A DNA stretch of 53,602 nt, filler included, from Sphacelaria rigidula (lineage: Eukaryota), in NCBI GenBank assembly GCA_964200075.2. It is 4 parts of 4 records of this genome, joined end to end, with 100 filler letters (N's around TTAATTAATTAA, not from the genome) between each part and the next. Parts side by side here need not be neighbours in the genome. Positions count along the whole stretch, not along the records: positions 1 to 13,327 come from CAXNAA020002960.1; 3 more parts are not named here. One strand, 5' to 3'. Made by a program: the position numbers and the translations under genes. Below are positions 1 through 12,339 of this stretch, piece by piece; the stretch's first letter is position 1, and each line of letters starts with the position of its first letter. Below the pieces are notes generated by a model. The model saw only the letters and a list, made by a program, of their open reading frames with translations, did no database searches and was not told the DNA's origin.

Positions 1-540
1 CAACAAACAAATGAGTACGCCCCCCCCCGAGCTATTGCTCCGTCCCAAAAGGGATGCATGGTCAATGGTCAAACGACTAAGGCAAGCACCAGATGAGGAC
101 GCCCCCCCCCCCCTCCCGAGCTATGCTACTGACAGCCTTTGTGGTTTCATGTTGTATTCTGTGGTATAGTTGACCTGAACATACAGTTTACACCACCACG
201 AACACTTGCGAAGAACACAGCACCGGCACGAGTCGTCCTCGCATGCTCGCGGGAGTTTTCGGGAAAACTCTGGCAGCGTACTTTGCAGTCCGCAGACAGT
301 ACGGTACAGCATGGCACACCACGCATCTGCGCGCCTAGAGTGATTCTTCTAGCTGTTAATTTCCCCATGATTCATACAGCAGAAATCACGTGATTCATGT
401 AGATGTTTTCCACCTTTCGTTCGTGAGCATGGATCCTAGATACATAGGGGGGGGCGTCCTCATCTGGTGCTTGCCTTAGTCGTTTGACCATTGGCCATGC
501 ATCCGTTTTGGGACGGAGCAATAGCTCGGGGGGGGGGGGT
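1..540. repeat. Inverted pair of a ~90-bp poly-C-bounded repeat
   Basis: 20-112 (CCGAGCTATTGCTCCGTCCCAAAA...GAGGACGCCCC) is mirrored at 446-539. The same repeat opens contig 4 (40279-40356). Confidence 0.8.
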
Positions 541-729
541 GGCTAGAAAAACCGATTCGGGCACGCAGACGCGTGTGTTGTACTGTAGTTGATGTGCTAC
601 GTGTAAGTACAAAAATTGAAATTGGGTATATTGTGGATTTGGCCCTTGAGGGGTTCGCGACCTGTACGCTCTTCTTTGCCTACCCCACCTGCAAAAGGAG
701 TCGCGCCACCGAAGAATCGCGCCCCATGA

Positions 730-1260
730 AATGACAGGTGGAAAACAACATGTTCACATGATGTATATCATATGAACAGAAGGTGGAGAACACGTATGAA
801 TTACTCGCGCTGCAGAAATGAAACGTGGGGAACATATATCCTTGATGCATCTTGTATGAATGGACGAGGGGTGACATGTACGTATGATTCATGCCGCATC
901 AATGGAAATTGGGGAAAATGTACGCTTGATTTACCTGGTATGAACAGAAGGTGAGGAATGAACAGAAAATGGAAATGATGTAGGCTTGGTTCACCTCGTA
1001 AGAATGGAAGGTGACGAATGTGTGCCTGAGATTCATGCTGAATGGATGGAAATTGGGAAATGTGTACCCGTGATTCACGCCATACGAATGGAAGGTAGGA
1101 AACGTGCACCTTTGACGGTGTACCGCACGAATCACGAACTGGGAACGTGTACACTCAAAGTGGTGTCGTACGAATCACGGAACCAAAACATGTACAAATC
1201 ACAATTTATGTACGACTCGTATGATTGATTTGTCAACGTGTTGAACATGAGTTGAACCAC
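730..1260. repeat. Degenerate short-unit repeat array (TGTACACGT/ATGAATCACG/GGAAATTGGG motifs)
   Basis: Recurrent motifs, e.g. ATGGAAATTGGG(G)AAATGT at ~902 and ~1026, and GAACAGAAGGTG at ~774 and ~942. Confidence 0.55.
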
Positions 1261-1348
1261 GACTTTACCTCGTCCGAACCGTGGGAAAATAGTCACCGAA
1301 GCACCCGATGAGGCTGACGTCGGCGAAGTGTGTGTGTGTGTGTGTATA

Positions 1349-1840
1349 GGGGGGGGGGGGTTGCCATGATCTTGCATGCCATAGTCATAAGACGATTGAC
1401 CTTGCATCCCTACAAAGCCGGGACGGAGCACGCCGAGTTTTCGCTGGACCAGGCTCGCCATCACCAAGCTCGAAGCACCGTGATGTGTTCGGCGAGTCGC
1501 ATGAAGGGTGAGCGGCACTCTACTAAAATTGTTTTGTTCGGCCCGAAGCGTATTGATTATCTTGCGTGTGGATGACAGCCCACAATTAGTTGCTTCATTT
1601 TCTGGCATCACTACTTCCAGAGACAGCCACGGGTTACACACTGCCTCATGGGTGTCTCACCATCACCCACAACGTAGTAAGATAATCCCTTTTGCGCGAA
1701 GTTCGGGTTCCCCGCCTCGCATAATATGATCATGGTTACCGCAAATAAAAATGGCAACCTTTTTGCCTAGCTTACGTAGTGAGTGGCTTGTTTTACCTTG
1801 TTGTTGCTAACCGACGCCAAACCCTCATCACGGGTGGGGG
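1349..1840. repeat. Dispersed repeat family A (~500 bp, unclassified)
   Basis: The core CATGATC.TGCATGCC.TAGTCATA...CATCCCTACAAAGCCGGGAC...TGTTCGGCGAGTCGCATGAAGGGTG also occurs at 15525-15865 (inverted), 43045-43472 (inverted) and 44955-45478. Confidence 0.85.
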
Positions 1841-2217
1841 GGGGGGGGGGCTTTTCCCTTGTGTTCAACTAAATTGTCAGGCAATCGCAGATATTTTATT
1901 AGTTACACTGGACGCGTGAGCTGACCGGGGGGCGCTATGCAACAGGAAAGTCGAGTTTAGTATGTTCTTGTAGTGGAACGTTATATAAGCGCGTGCCCCG
2001 GCGAGCAGAAAACTACGAAGCTAGACCCAAGTCAGAAGCGGTACCGATCAACGAAGGAAACCCATCAATTGTCACTAGTGGCAGGTGTGCTATGCACTCA
2101 TACACTGCTAGCACTCGGGTGACTGCGTCAGCACTGTACACACGCTAAAGTGGGAGCGCAGCAGGGGTCACCATAATACTTTGCAAATTCTTCATCGCGT
2201 CGCATACAGCATAAAAC

Positions 2218-5200
2218 CCGGGTATCGCTCGCAGCCCCACTCCCGAGATTGCCCTCACTTGATTTCGCTCCCCATCGAACAGGTCGCCGCAGCCCCCGAT
2301 CCTGCAGTAACTGCTTCGCTAAATGCGCGACGTAGCTGCCCGCCAGCACTTCCTTCGACCCGCACCCTTCGAGTAGCAAAACGTGCACAACGCCTATCCC
2401 AGCGTCCACATCACCCTGAGATCGGAAGTTATAGTTTCGTATTCGTTTGGTAAGACATTTCTCTGTGATTCATGATGCACAAGTTGAGCGGCGTCCGCAT
2501 ATGAGACGCATGGTTACCCCTAACAATATCACAAACACTCACCCCTGCATGAATCGCCGTAATTTTTTGTATACTGCCGTGTCGGGTTATGGGTTCAAGC
2601 CAGCGATACGATTTGGACGCCTCCTCTGCAACCTCAAAAATCTTCATGTTCGAATATCGCGCTCACAGCCCATGGATCAAGCTTTGTGCACCACTGTCAA
2701 ATGTGCGTGCTGTACAGATGTCGGGGCCGGGGAGACACTAATGTTAACGCATGCGAGAAATCAAAAGCAGAGGGGCAATCAGTAGGCGAGGGGAGCAAGG
2801 GCAACACTAACGCCCCCCCCCCTCTGTGAGAGAGAAATTTACTAAGAACCGTTGTACCAAATACAACCACCGATCACCACCGCCCACGTCCATTCACGGA
2901 GATTTAGTACTGACCCTGGCGGAAATTATGAACGGACGACCGTGGCATATCCGACACAGTTGGTGCAGTTCCTCCCCATCCCTCACTGCCTCTTCCAGTC
3001 GAGACCCTATCAGGACAGACGGAGACTTGTTGAATCCTAGCTGCTTGCGCACAGAGTACATCAGTATCGACTCTCTAGCTGCTTGGATCCAGATGAAAGC
3101 GGAGCAATCGACGCAAAGCGCAGCAGCAGGCGGGGCAACAGCGCCACGGACGGAAATAACCACGCACATTAAGCAAGGTCGGGGTGGCTGGGGTAGACTG
3201 GTATTTTCATCTCAACGTACACCCAACGTAGGTATTTGCATCAGACGTTGGGCTCGCTGAAAGGTCAGTGGGTGAACGTGGTACCTGTGCTTGGGTTCTA
3301 TACGGTACCCGCTGACGCTTCACACAATAAAAACCAAGCCACTTCGCCACTGCGGTAAACTGCACAAGACCCATCAACAATATTCAAAGAAAAAAAATAT
3401 CCTCTGGCGACCACTAGTGTGGCGCAGGCAAGAATCTTCTACACCTACCGACCAACTCTTGAGGTGACGGGAGCACTTGGCCATCCCGATGACATTGCGC
3501 CATCGCTTCAAGTCGCTGAAGGAACGGGAGATCGTGACAACGGAGATCCAAGAAAAACGCACAAAACGGAGGAGTACGAGAGATACGGTATTAACAATCT
3601 TTGAGTTTTGAAAGAGGAATGGGGGGGAACGCACAGGGGAAATGAGATTCACAAGCACATTGCTACTCAGTTGGAGCTTGTAAAAGCTCGAGACCTGGGC
3701 ACGCCGGGATGTCCCGCCCTGTGGGGAGGGAAGGCATTCACGCAGAGAGTCGAGCACCGGCGTACACACACGATACTCAGTGTTGGCCGCGCACGAGGCA
3801 ACTACCCGTGTAGATAAACGGTGACAGCCGACCGGAGTGCAACCCGCAAAATGTGTGCGGTACCACGTTGCAATGTAGAGCCGGCATGAAGGTCCGGTCA
3901 TGAAATTTCGCCAGCAGCACAGGACCCGAAAGACGCACACCCAGTTGCAATCGATGCGCGGTAAACAAAAGGACAAGCGCAATATACACCTGGGTATCGA
4001 AAGTCGGCAGTCCAAGCCCCCGGACGGATATATAGGTGGCTCCAAGGTGCACTGCGGAGAGGCCCAAGCATACGGGGTATATTGCGTGCCATTCCGATCC
4101 GAGCAGAGCTGAGAGAGCGACGCCACCTCCTGTGCCTGCGGTCAATTCCAGTCCAAAGATCGGTCCACACCGACTTTCGGGATTTACTGAAATGACGACG
4201 GCATTCTCTTGGCCACTTGGAGGTGATCACGATTTTTACCACATGGGTATTTTCACCACGTGCTGGAAGATGATTTGTATGCTAATTGAAGCATCGATAG
4301 GTCTCTCATCCACTCGATATCGATATTGTATGTGATTAATCTCCCCATGTTATGATTCCATCAGCACAACGCGACCCTGACGACTACTGCAAAAACTTCG
4401 GAGCGAACTCTTCTTGAGCACTACATTCAAATAAACGAACACATCATGACATAGTCGTGAGGAATGCGAATGCTTACCGATCATGCACGCGACGATCGTC
4501 TGGGCCCCCGCTTTGGCAGTTATGTCAGCCAAGTTGCCCTTGGTAGCGAGCGAGTTATGGATGGCCGCCCTCGAAGCCGACGCCGCTAGGAATGATATAT
4601 TTTTCCCTGTCGCGAACCCATCAGGTAGTACACATGCCATGTGCGCAACGAGCAAAGAGAAAAAGATTACCTGTGCACTAGAAACGACGTATGTGAGTAA
4701 CGTATTCTTCGGGAGGTAGAGCAAAGAGTCGGTGAGCAGAGCACCACCATAGACAATCAGTGGCGGTTGCACCATAATACATCTACACCCTACCCCCACC
4801 GATTACGTGGTGCGTACACCGACATGTTTTCTTCACACCATTTCTTGTAATCCTAACGGTAAGCGCGTCTTGTAGCCATTTTTAGTCCAAAGTACTGTTA
4901 TGAGCACAACGAACAGCAAGCTCACACGCCAAGTACAGAGCTAATATCGCTGCTAAATATCAGATTGTTCGAATGTAAGGTGAATATCTACGCTAATGTC
5001 GTGGTGCTCGTGCTCTTCACCTGCGTTGGCGATCGAGGCCATCGGTAAGAAATACGCCGGGTAAAGCGGGGTGAGGAGTTCTATCACCATGGAGGCGTCG
5101 AGGGATATCGCTGCCACAATCCGCCTGGCCCATCGGCGGCATATGACGGCGAGAGAAAACGGGTTTACATCGGTACAGGAAAGAGGCGTGGGTTGAAGTT

Positions 5201-6738
5201 CAAGAATACTGGTGCTGAGGAAGATTGAACTACGCGCACGGTACAATCTGGTGGCCAGAAAACCAACACCTCAGGGTGTAACGATGCCCTCTCAGGTTTC
5301 ACGTGAAAACGCCACCGGCACTTTCCTACTGCCTCACTCTGGACCACATACTACCGAGAGCACACATCAACGAATCGGAATGTGCCGACTGATGTCAGCG
5401 TTGTTTTATTTTTATTATAATATTTGTCGCACTTTGAACCCCTCCCCTTCCTCGGGACGAGTCCTAGTCTCAAGGGATCAACCCATCTCTCCCCGGTACA
5501 CGCCTTGCATTTTGGTCTCGCGGATTGGATCATGACCAACACTCCCGCACCGTGTCAACTCTCGTAAAAAAATCTCGTTCAACTACTTTTTGTTTACTCA
5601 CGTATTAACGCTTTCGACGGTAGAAATCCCACACTTCGAAGAAGAAACTCAACACATGGGGATTCGAACCCTCGTTCTCTCCACCCTAATGGTGACGGTC
5701 GGACCATTTTAATTTACACCACCGGGGCGAGGCGGCTACAAGGTTGTGAATCACAAATACTATCATGAAGCACAACGGCGTATATATACACTTAATATTA
5801 TACTCAATCTTGCACGTAATCTTGCACGTAATCTTGCACGTAGTCTTGCCCTTACTCCTGTACTAAATACTAGTTACTGCTTACAAGGACGAATACAGAA
5901 ACTCATTGCAACGAAGCCGCACCTATGCCACAGAGCGCAAGGACACTAGATGTGGCACAACCTAAAAATACTTCCGTACCAAAGCTTCGGGTCGGCGTCG
6001 AAACGAGTGTTGACCAGACTCGAGAAAGCAATCCCACCCAGCTGTCCCAGTCCATCCTTGAGGACCCAGTTCAGCGTTGCGGCAAGAGGAATAGCGCCGG
6101 CGCCAAGCCCCATGGCAAAGAGCTGTTTGTACAGCAGGAGTGTTTTCAGTTAGGAAATGGCACAAAAAATTAAAAATTGAAAGAGGGCAATCTAAAGGCT
6201 AGACGGGTTTTGTCGCGTACTGAGTCAAATTTGAACACGAGAATGAACTTGCGCCGGGCTAGCTATTGGTTGGTGGCATTAAAGCCTGTTGTACAGCGTA
6301 CACTATCGCATACACAAAACACGCAGGAGAGTAGTCAATCGTTGGTCGAGCAAGCTCCACCTCGGGCTCGATGTACGGCGTCAGCACAGCCCATTGGCTA
6401 TAAAATATCCGGACGGGATCCCAACGCTGCAACAAATGTAGAAACAATTAATGTAGAAACAATTAAACTCCATCGGCGGTTAGTAGACTACACGGAGCAA
6501 CTGTACGCCAGCAAAATAGCCCTTCCCCCAAAACACAACAGCTCCAAGCAAGCACGCAGCACATGCATCGTCGCCACCTCACCAGAGCTTGGGTAGAGAT
6601 AACCCCGGCAGCCGACGTGGCGACCATGGCCGCGAACTGCCAGCTCGCGTATCGCGCGTACTCATTGTCGACGGACTCGGGGAAGCCTCGAGGGAGAACA
6701 ACTCCCAGCAAACAGGAGGCCCGCTGCAGAGCTCTTTC
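2218..6738 (-). CDS. RUS1/DUF647 family protein (root UV-B sensitive / C16orf58-like), multi-exon; 5' and 3' ends not defined
   Basis: Eight GT-AG exons join in phase: 6738-6583 (LPRGFPESVDNEYARYASWQ...STQAL), 6122-5980 (LFAMGLG...LNWVLKDGLGQLGGIAFSSLVNTRFDADPKLW), 5124-5021 (RIVAAISLDASMVIELLTPLYPAYFLPMASIANA), 4606-4478 (GKNISFLAASASRAAIHNSLATKGNLADITAKAGAQ), 4135-3990 (GTGGGVALS...LPTFDTQ), 3515-3449 (RLEAMAQ...LPSPQELV), 3078-2915 (ARESIL...IISAR), 2415-about 2218 (GDVDAGIGVVHVLLLEG...). The LP.GFPESV, NWVLKDGLG and NLADITAK motifs are characteristic of DUF647. The last exon may instead read through to a stop at 2128. Confidence 0.9.
5420..5730 (-). mobile_element. SINE family S2 copy (intronic)
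   Basis: GGTTCGAATCC B box on the minus strand; core homologous to 36048-36365. Confidence 0.65.
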
Positions 6739-8139
6739 CTGTCAGAGGCCATAGCACCAGTAACGATTATTTCAAACTTTTGCTGCTGACTGGAACATTC
6801 CAAGTCTTGAAATCTGGTCAAGCCACCATCATCATCGTACCGTAGAGGCATTGGCAGTGGTTTGAGAACGAGTCGGTTAGACGGAATAGCTGATTTCTTT
6901 CTACCAGCTCGACCTATGCGTGATTCGGGCTGGATAAAAAAGGCCAGCAGCCCCGTGAACCTGGGATGACAGCTTCGAAACTTGATTTCTTCAAGAACAG
7001 GAAGAAGAAAGCGACAAGAGGCGATGCTGTCGTTGCACGGGTGCAATGAACAACGCGGAGCAAAGGTAGTACGCCACAGGGACGACAGCACTAGGTATCC
7101 CGACACATTATTGTGTCGCGCCCTTAGCCGGCACGCTGCGCTCAAGCGCTGCCGTTCTCTCACTTTCCACTGCCTAAACCTCTCGGGTATAAAATAGTGG
7201 GTTCTCGTGTCTCTGCGTTCCATTTCATTTGAAAATACCCACGAGGCCTGCAGCTGACGCCGCAGCGCTCATCAAAAGCGATCTCAGCCAAGGCAGTGTA
7301 CGTGTCCACGATATATCTGAGGACGCAACCATGCCTAGTGAAAAGTTGAAAATTGCCGGAAGCAGTCCATCGAAGGGTAGTAGCACGGGAAGTGGAACGA
7401 GGTGTTTCGAATATCAGCTCAGGGCCGCGAACGAGTTCGAAACCAAATATATCTCACGGATAATCATCACGACACAGCGGATACCGGTTGGAATGGCGTA
7501 ATGTAGGATCCAACGTCAACATGCTCGACGACACACTTTTGCCAGACCAGCACAAGTACTACATGTGTTGTGTGGGGGTGGAGAGTGGCGAGGGGTGCCG
7601 GTTGCCCTCTGCCGAAAAAGAGATGCGTGCCGGCCACGCCTACTATGAACGATTTGAAAAAGCCATTTCATTTCACAGGAACACCTGCAAATAAAACGTC
7701 TAGAAGCAATAGAGTTTGCACAAAAACATTCGGGGAGAATGGATTCTCGGACGGGGGAAAAGCGAAATGGGAGGATTCTAAACGGAAGAATCTACAACGG
7801 GAAAATATGCCATATGCTTGCACCCCACAGCGAAGAGAGGGAGAAGAAAGGGTGGATACTGAGCTCATGAAGCTCTCACGAATGTCAAAGATGGGCTTTG
7901 AGCGCAAACAGAACTCGGAAAAAAAATGTTTGTCTCGGGTTTTTTATCCACCTCAAAGCCCCCACCAAATGCGGAGCTTTCGAATCACCCATACCCATAT
8001 GAGATGCGGAATCACTCGGCCAGTGGTTGAAGGTTGGGGAAGCTGCTCGGTGCTTTGTGCCCGGGTACTTTGGGGGACCGCCTCGCCCGATGTGTATTCT
8101 CGTGGAGCAATTTCGAGCCAAGAGCACACATCGCTCTGA

Positions 8140-8505
8140 AAGTAGTGCGTGTGTGCTGCCATCCCATCTAGTCTGGACGCCAGTCTACACCTTTCGGTAT
8201 ATGCGGGGCGCATCAGCCGGCGTCAGACAGGAGGAAGGTCAACATACACACACAGGAGTTTTGCTTTGTCTTCGTTCCCCATCTTTCTTCTGCGGTGCTT
8301 GCCTTCCTTATTATTGTGAGAAGGGTTCAGCGGTCCTTTCCCCTCGTCGCCCGTGAGGTCAAATTTTGCGCACCCACGACAAACTCGCTCTCCCCTGTTG
8401 GGCATGATGTGAGAAAAAATCTCAAATGGTGTGACTTCGTCGAGATTCGAACCCACGTCCTAACGTCCCAACCGTCAGAGGGTTTCGAAATTTACCAACT
8501 GGGGC
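8140..8505 (-). mobile_element. SINE family S1 copy
   Basis: Reverse complement of 39155-39516 along its length; GGTTCGAATC B box. Confidence 0.7.
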
Positions 8506-8625
8506 GTAGGGATGTATCAGTACAGGCTGGGGTGCACCGCAAATGTTCACGCCGATTCTTGAATCTACAGTAGACCGTTTCATGAGGCTGTCCTTTTTTA
8601 TGCTACATTTTTCAGTTTTGGGACA

Positions 8626-9016
8626 TTGGATCAGGTTTTTGGCCCCTAAAAACAGGAAAAATCGCCATCACCTGTCTCAGACACTTCGCATCACCCCACC
8701 GAGAGGAGACTAGCCTACTTTTTCGATTCGCATGACTCCGAGCTTTTGAGAACGGCCTCTGAGCAAGTGTTGAGATGGATATGAAAAAATATGAGTACGA
8801 TGTGGAAAAATCGAAAAATCACTACAGATTCCTGCAGACGTCGTATTTTTCCATGCCCAGCTCGATTTTATGGTTAGAGGACATTCTCGAAACCTCGAAA
8901 CCTCGAAGCCAAGCGAATCAGACAAGTGGGCTGGACTCTTCCCGGTGCGGTGACGCAAAGTGTGCAAGACATGTGATAACGATATTCCCCTTTAGGAACC
9001 AAAAACTGGATCCAAT
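8626..9016. repeat. MITE/foldback with ~95-bp imperfect TIR
   Basis: ATTGGATCAGGTTTTTGG...ACACTTCGCATCACCCCACCGAGAGGAGACTAGCCTACTT is mirrored by AAGTGGGCTGGACTCTTCCCGGTGCGGTGACGCAAAGTGT...AAAAACTGGATCCAAT. Confidence 0.7.
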
Positions 9017-9025
9017 AACAGGCAA

Positions 9026-9840
9026 TCATCGAAATTGAGGATGGAGCTTTTCATCGAGGATGATAGCCCCGGACAATCAAAATCTTCATACCCATACCAA
9101 TTCTGCGAAAAGTGGTTGCATTCCTTCGCCTACTGGTAGCCATTAACAACTGTTACACACTGCACAAACGCGGATACCGATAACCGAAATATCGGGGTCC
9201 TAGGCGAAAGCATACTTCCGGGGAATTTGGGTGATTCGTTTCCATCACCTAAATTCCCCAAAATTGTGCTTTAATCTAGGACCCCAAAATATCGGTAGCT
9301 ACCCGTTGGTGAAGGGATACAACCATATTTGGAAGAATCGGTATGGACACGAGGATTTAAATATTTCCAGGTCATCATCCAGTGAAACGTTCCAAGGGTA
9401 AGTCGGGTACGGTATGTACTTTCGAATACTCGGGTACAATACCCGGGTATTTACTCTACCCCAGGTTTGAGTAGATTGGCTACCTCAGATACTGTACTCA
9501 GCAATACTTGGGTACAGAGTATCACTTGGGTATGACCTCAATATACCCAATTTTTGGGTAGATTTGGTACGATTTCAAATACTCTACCCAACTTTTGGGT
9601 AAGCACTCTCAGCAATACTTGGGGATAGAGTATCACTTGGGTATGACCTCAATATACCCAACTTTTGGGTATGTTGGGTACGATCTAAAATACTCCACCC
9701 GAATATTGGGGAGAGTGAGTACAATTTCAATACTCTACCCAAATGTTTGGGTACTAATAGTTTGACTTTTCAAGATAGCGAGTATTGGGTATACCCTATC
9801 CGACCTGCACTTGAAAAGCTCTATTCTCAATTTCGATGAT
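9026..9840. repeat. Foldback element centred at ~9238, right arm split by a hAT MITE
   Basis: GGGGAATTTGGGTGAT-TCGTTTCC-ATCACCTAAATTCCCC at the centre; ATCATCGAAATTGAGGATGGAGCTTTTCA at the left end is mirrored at 9812-9840. Confidence 0.7.
9393..9813. mobile_element. hAT-type MITE rich in GGGTA/TACCC subterminal repeats, nested in a foldback element
   Basis: Imperfect TIR CAAGGGTAAGTCGGGTACGGTAT vs ATACCCTATCCGACCTGCACTTG; flanks AAACGTTC / AAAAGCTC. A related GGGTA-rich stretch lies at about 12565-12800. Confidence 0.6.
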
Positions 9841-11488
9841 CGGCTCTTCAACTCTTTTGGTACTGGTAATGGAAAAGTGTGGATTTCGGGGTGCTGTTTG
9901 TTTTAACGACATATGGTTGAGTATTTATAGCTTTCACGCAAAATTATACTAGCCCGACCCGTGTTTTTCAACCCGTGTGAAAATGTGCCCCAATGACGCA
10001 CGGGACTCCGTATATGGAAAATAGACGGGTAGTGCTGGTTTTTGTTTGTATAGACTTCAGGTACCGAAGTGCTGATTTCAGCTGTGCGCAAAACTTGAAC
10101 AAACTTGACCCGTTGCGTCCCTCACCTGACAAAACTAATCAGACTGCACCGGGGTGACATTTTTGGTGCGCGCATGACGTATGCTGGTGGATTCTTCTGT
10201 GGCCTTCCGCCCCTAAGATGGTTGCCGTCGGTCTTTTCTGTTCCCGAATTATTTTCTTCGTCAGGGCTCGAAATAATGAGGTGTCTGGCCGGGGGACGGA
10301 AGGGGAGGGTTCCCAAAGGGTTAAATGTACCAAGACTGAAAATTCCAGTCCCCCCAAAAAATGAAAGAGAGGGTCTTCGACTTGAAAAAACTGCACGTAT
10401 TCACTATGGGGCATTACAAAACTTTCTATGAACGGCGTTATTTTCGTTTTTTTCGCCAGACACGGGGGGTCCCAGGGTCCTGGGGAGTCACATGCCCTTC
10501 ACATACCCTTCACATACCCTTGTGGGACCCCCGATTACTAGCGAAAAAAACACCTTTCGTCGAAATTTTCGTAATAACCCCTAGTATATGTGTGCCAAGT
10601 TTCAGGCTCTAATCCCAAGAACCGGTGTGAACCTTCGCGCCTTCGTGCGATAAAGTGAGCTTAGAAGGTACAAACTCCTAACTGATTGGTTTCAATATCG
10701 AAACGACTTTTAACGTTGAATCGACCCCATTGCACGAGGTTTTCGGGGTACGCCACGAAAACTTGTACACATAATGCTCCTTAGACTACCGCATACTTCG
10801 AAGTACATTTTTTATTCCGGGGGGGGAGGGCACTCTGTACCGGCTTACGGAGGTCTCCATGCCAGGACCCTCGGAAGCCGGCACTGAGCGGAGAAACTTT
10901 GTAATGATCGCTAATAACACGTTTTTCCAGTTGGAGCACCAACATCAACCGAACTGCCCAATGCAAGGGCGACCTGAGCAATTCAACGACGTATATAAGG
11001 GAAAGCGTCAGAAGGCTTCACGGGTATTTGGTGCATATCATCAGTAGAAGTCGGACGACGCCGAAACCGCACATCGCCGAAAAACGACGAGTTGGAGTAT
11101 AACCCCATCGCATAGTGATCGTTTATAAATCGTTTTTTTCCGTTAGTTCGGTAACGGCCATTACTACAACCTGAATCATGTGTAGAATGGGTAGAAATTG
11201 TATTGGGGATTTGTTTTCAATTTCAAAACAGTTCTAAGGGCGCTGATTGGTCAAGGCACCTTTTCGCCATCAGCGCCACCGCTGTGACCTTAGACAAAGC
11301 TCCGGTCATATCACCCCCTTTGTTCGTCCATGACCGTCAGTATGGTGTCATGTATGCGACTATTGGGTAGATATTGCGGGATGCATTTGCTGATATAAAT
11401 TTGGGTCAAGACCGTGAACCAGCCTGTAGGTGTCGTCTGTAGCGGGCGGTTCTACACCAAAGCTGCCGCTCTCATGTGCACATAATGG

Positions 11489-11845
11489 CTCCCCGGTAGT
11501 CTCATAGTCTGACTGACGTCACTGGGGTGGGAAGAACGTGGGTTCGATTCCGGCCAGGTGCGTTTGGGTTTTTTCTGGAAAAAACAATCCGCGGTAGAAG
11601 GCGTGAGGATATATGATTAGAAGGAGAGCTTGAGTTCGTTTGACGATGGTTAACGCGGTGCGATATTGTTGATCCCATTCGCGATACCAAAATGACGGGC
11701 AGGTACTGGTACCGGGGGGGAGAAATGGCTTGATCCCTTGCACCATGGATTCCTCCAGAGGGGGGAGTCGAAGCTTGTCGAGGCAGGAATTTTGATTCAG
11801 GGTAAGGGCGGGGACGGGGGTCACCGGGAACACAACAAAAACATA
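11489..11845 (+). mobile_element. SINE family S2 copy
   Basis: GGTTCGATTCC B box; shared CGCGGTGCG...TTGATCCCTTG core. Confidence 0.65.
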
Positions 11846-12339
11846 TCAATTATTATGCTCATAGAAAATAGAAAAAAAAAAAAAATGCCAAACAACTTCA
11901 CATCACATCTCTCGAACCCTCATGACTACTGTGCTGTATGCGCTGCCCATGACCAGAAAATTCCGTTTTCAAATCAACCCTTTTGGAACCGTTGATAAAA
12001 AAGTGACGATTTACAAGTGACTTTTTCTCAGGCAATATATGGATGTTTTTCTGCAAGAAAGTGTTGATGATGCAGCCCACCAAAACGGTGCACCACTCTC
12101 AGTTCAAGTGTACTAATGTGACAGATTCGTGCGCCGAACTCGAAGTGACGCTTTCCCGGTGACGAAAGCTTGCATATGGGAGTTTATAATTCAAGTTTCC
12201 ATAAACGGTTCCAAAATGGTCAATTGGTGTTCCAAACTTCCGGACAGGTGTCACTGATACGTACGTAGGAATAAACGTTCAGGTAAATTGTCACTGTGAG
12301 CGACTTGCGGTGGCGTGCCAACGTCGAAATGTTATGCTG

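Noticed and set aside
3374..4126. 250-aa ORF
   Set aside because: It overlaps RUS1 exons in other frames and is mostly intron; no recognisable domain.
6579..7223. 214-aa ORF starting MERRDTR as the RUS1 N-terminus
   Set aside because: It is out of frame with the conserved exon and I could not support a splice linking them; left unresolved.
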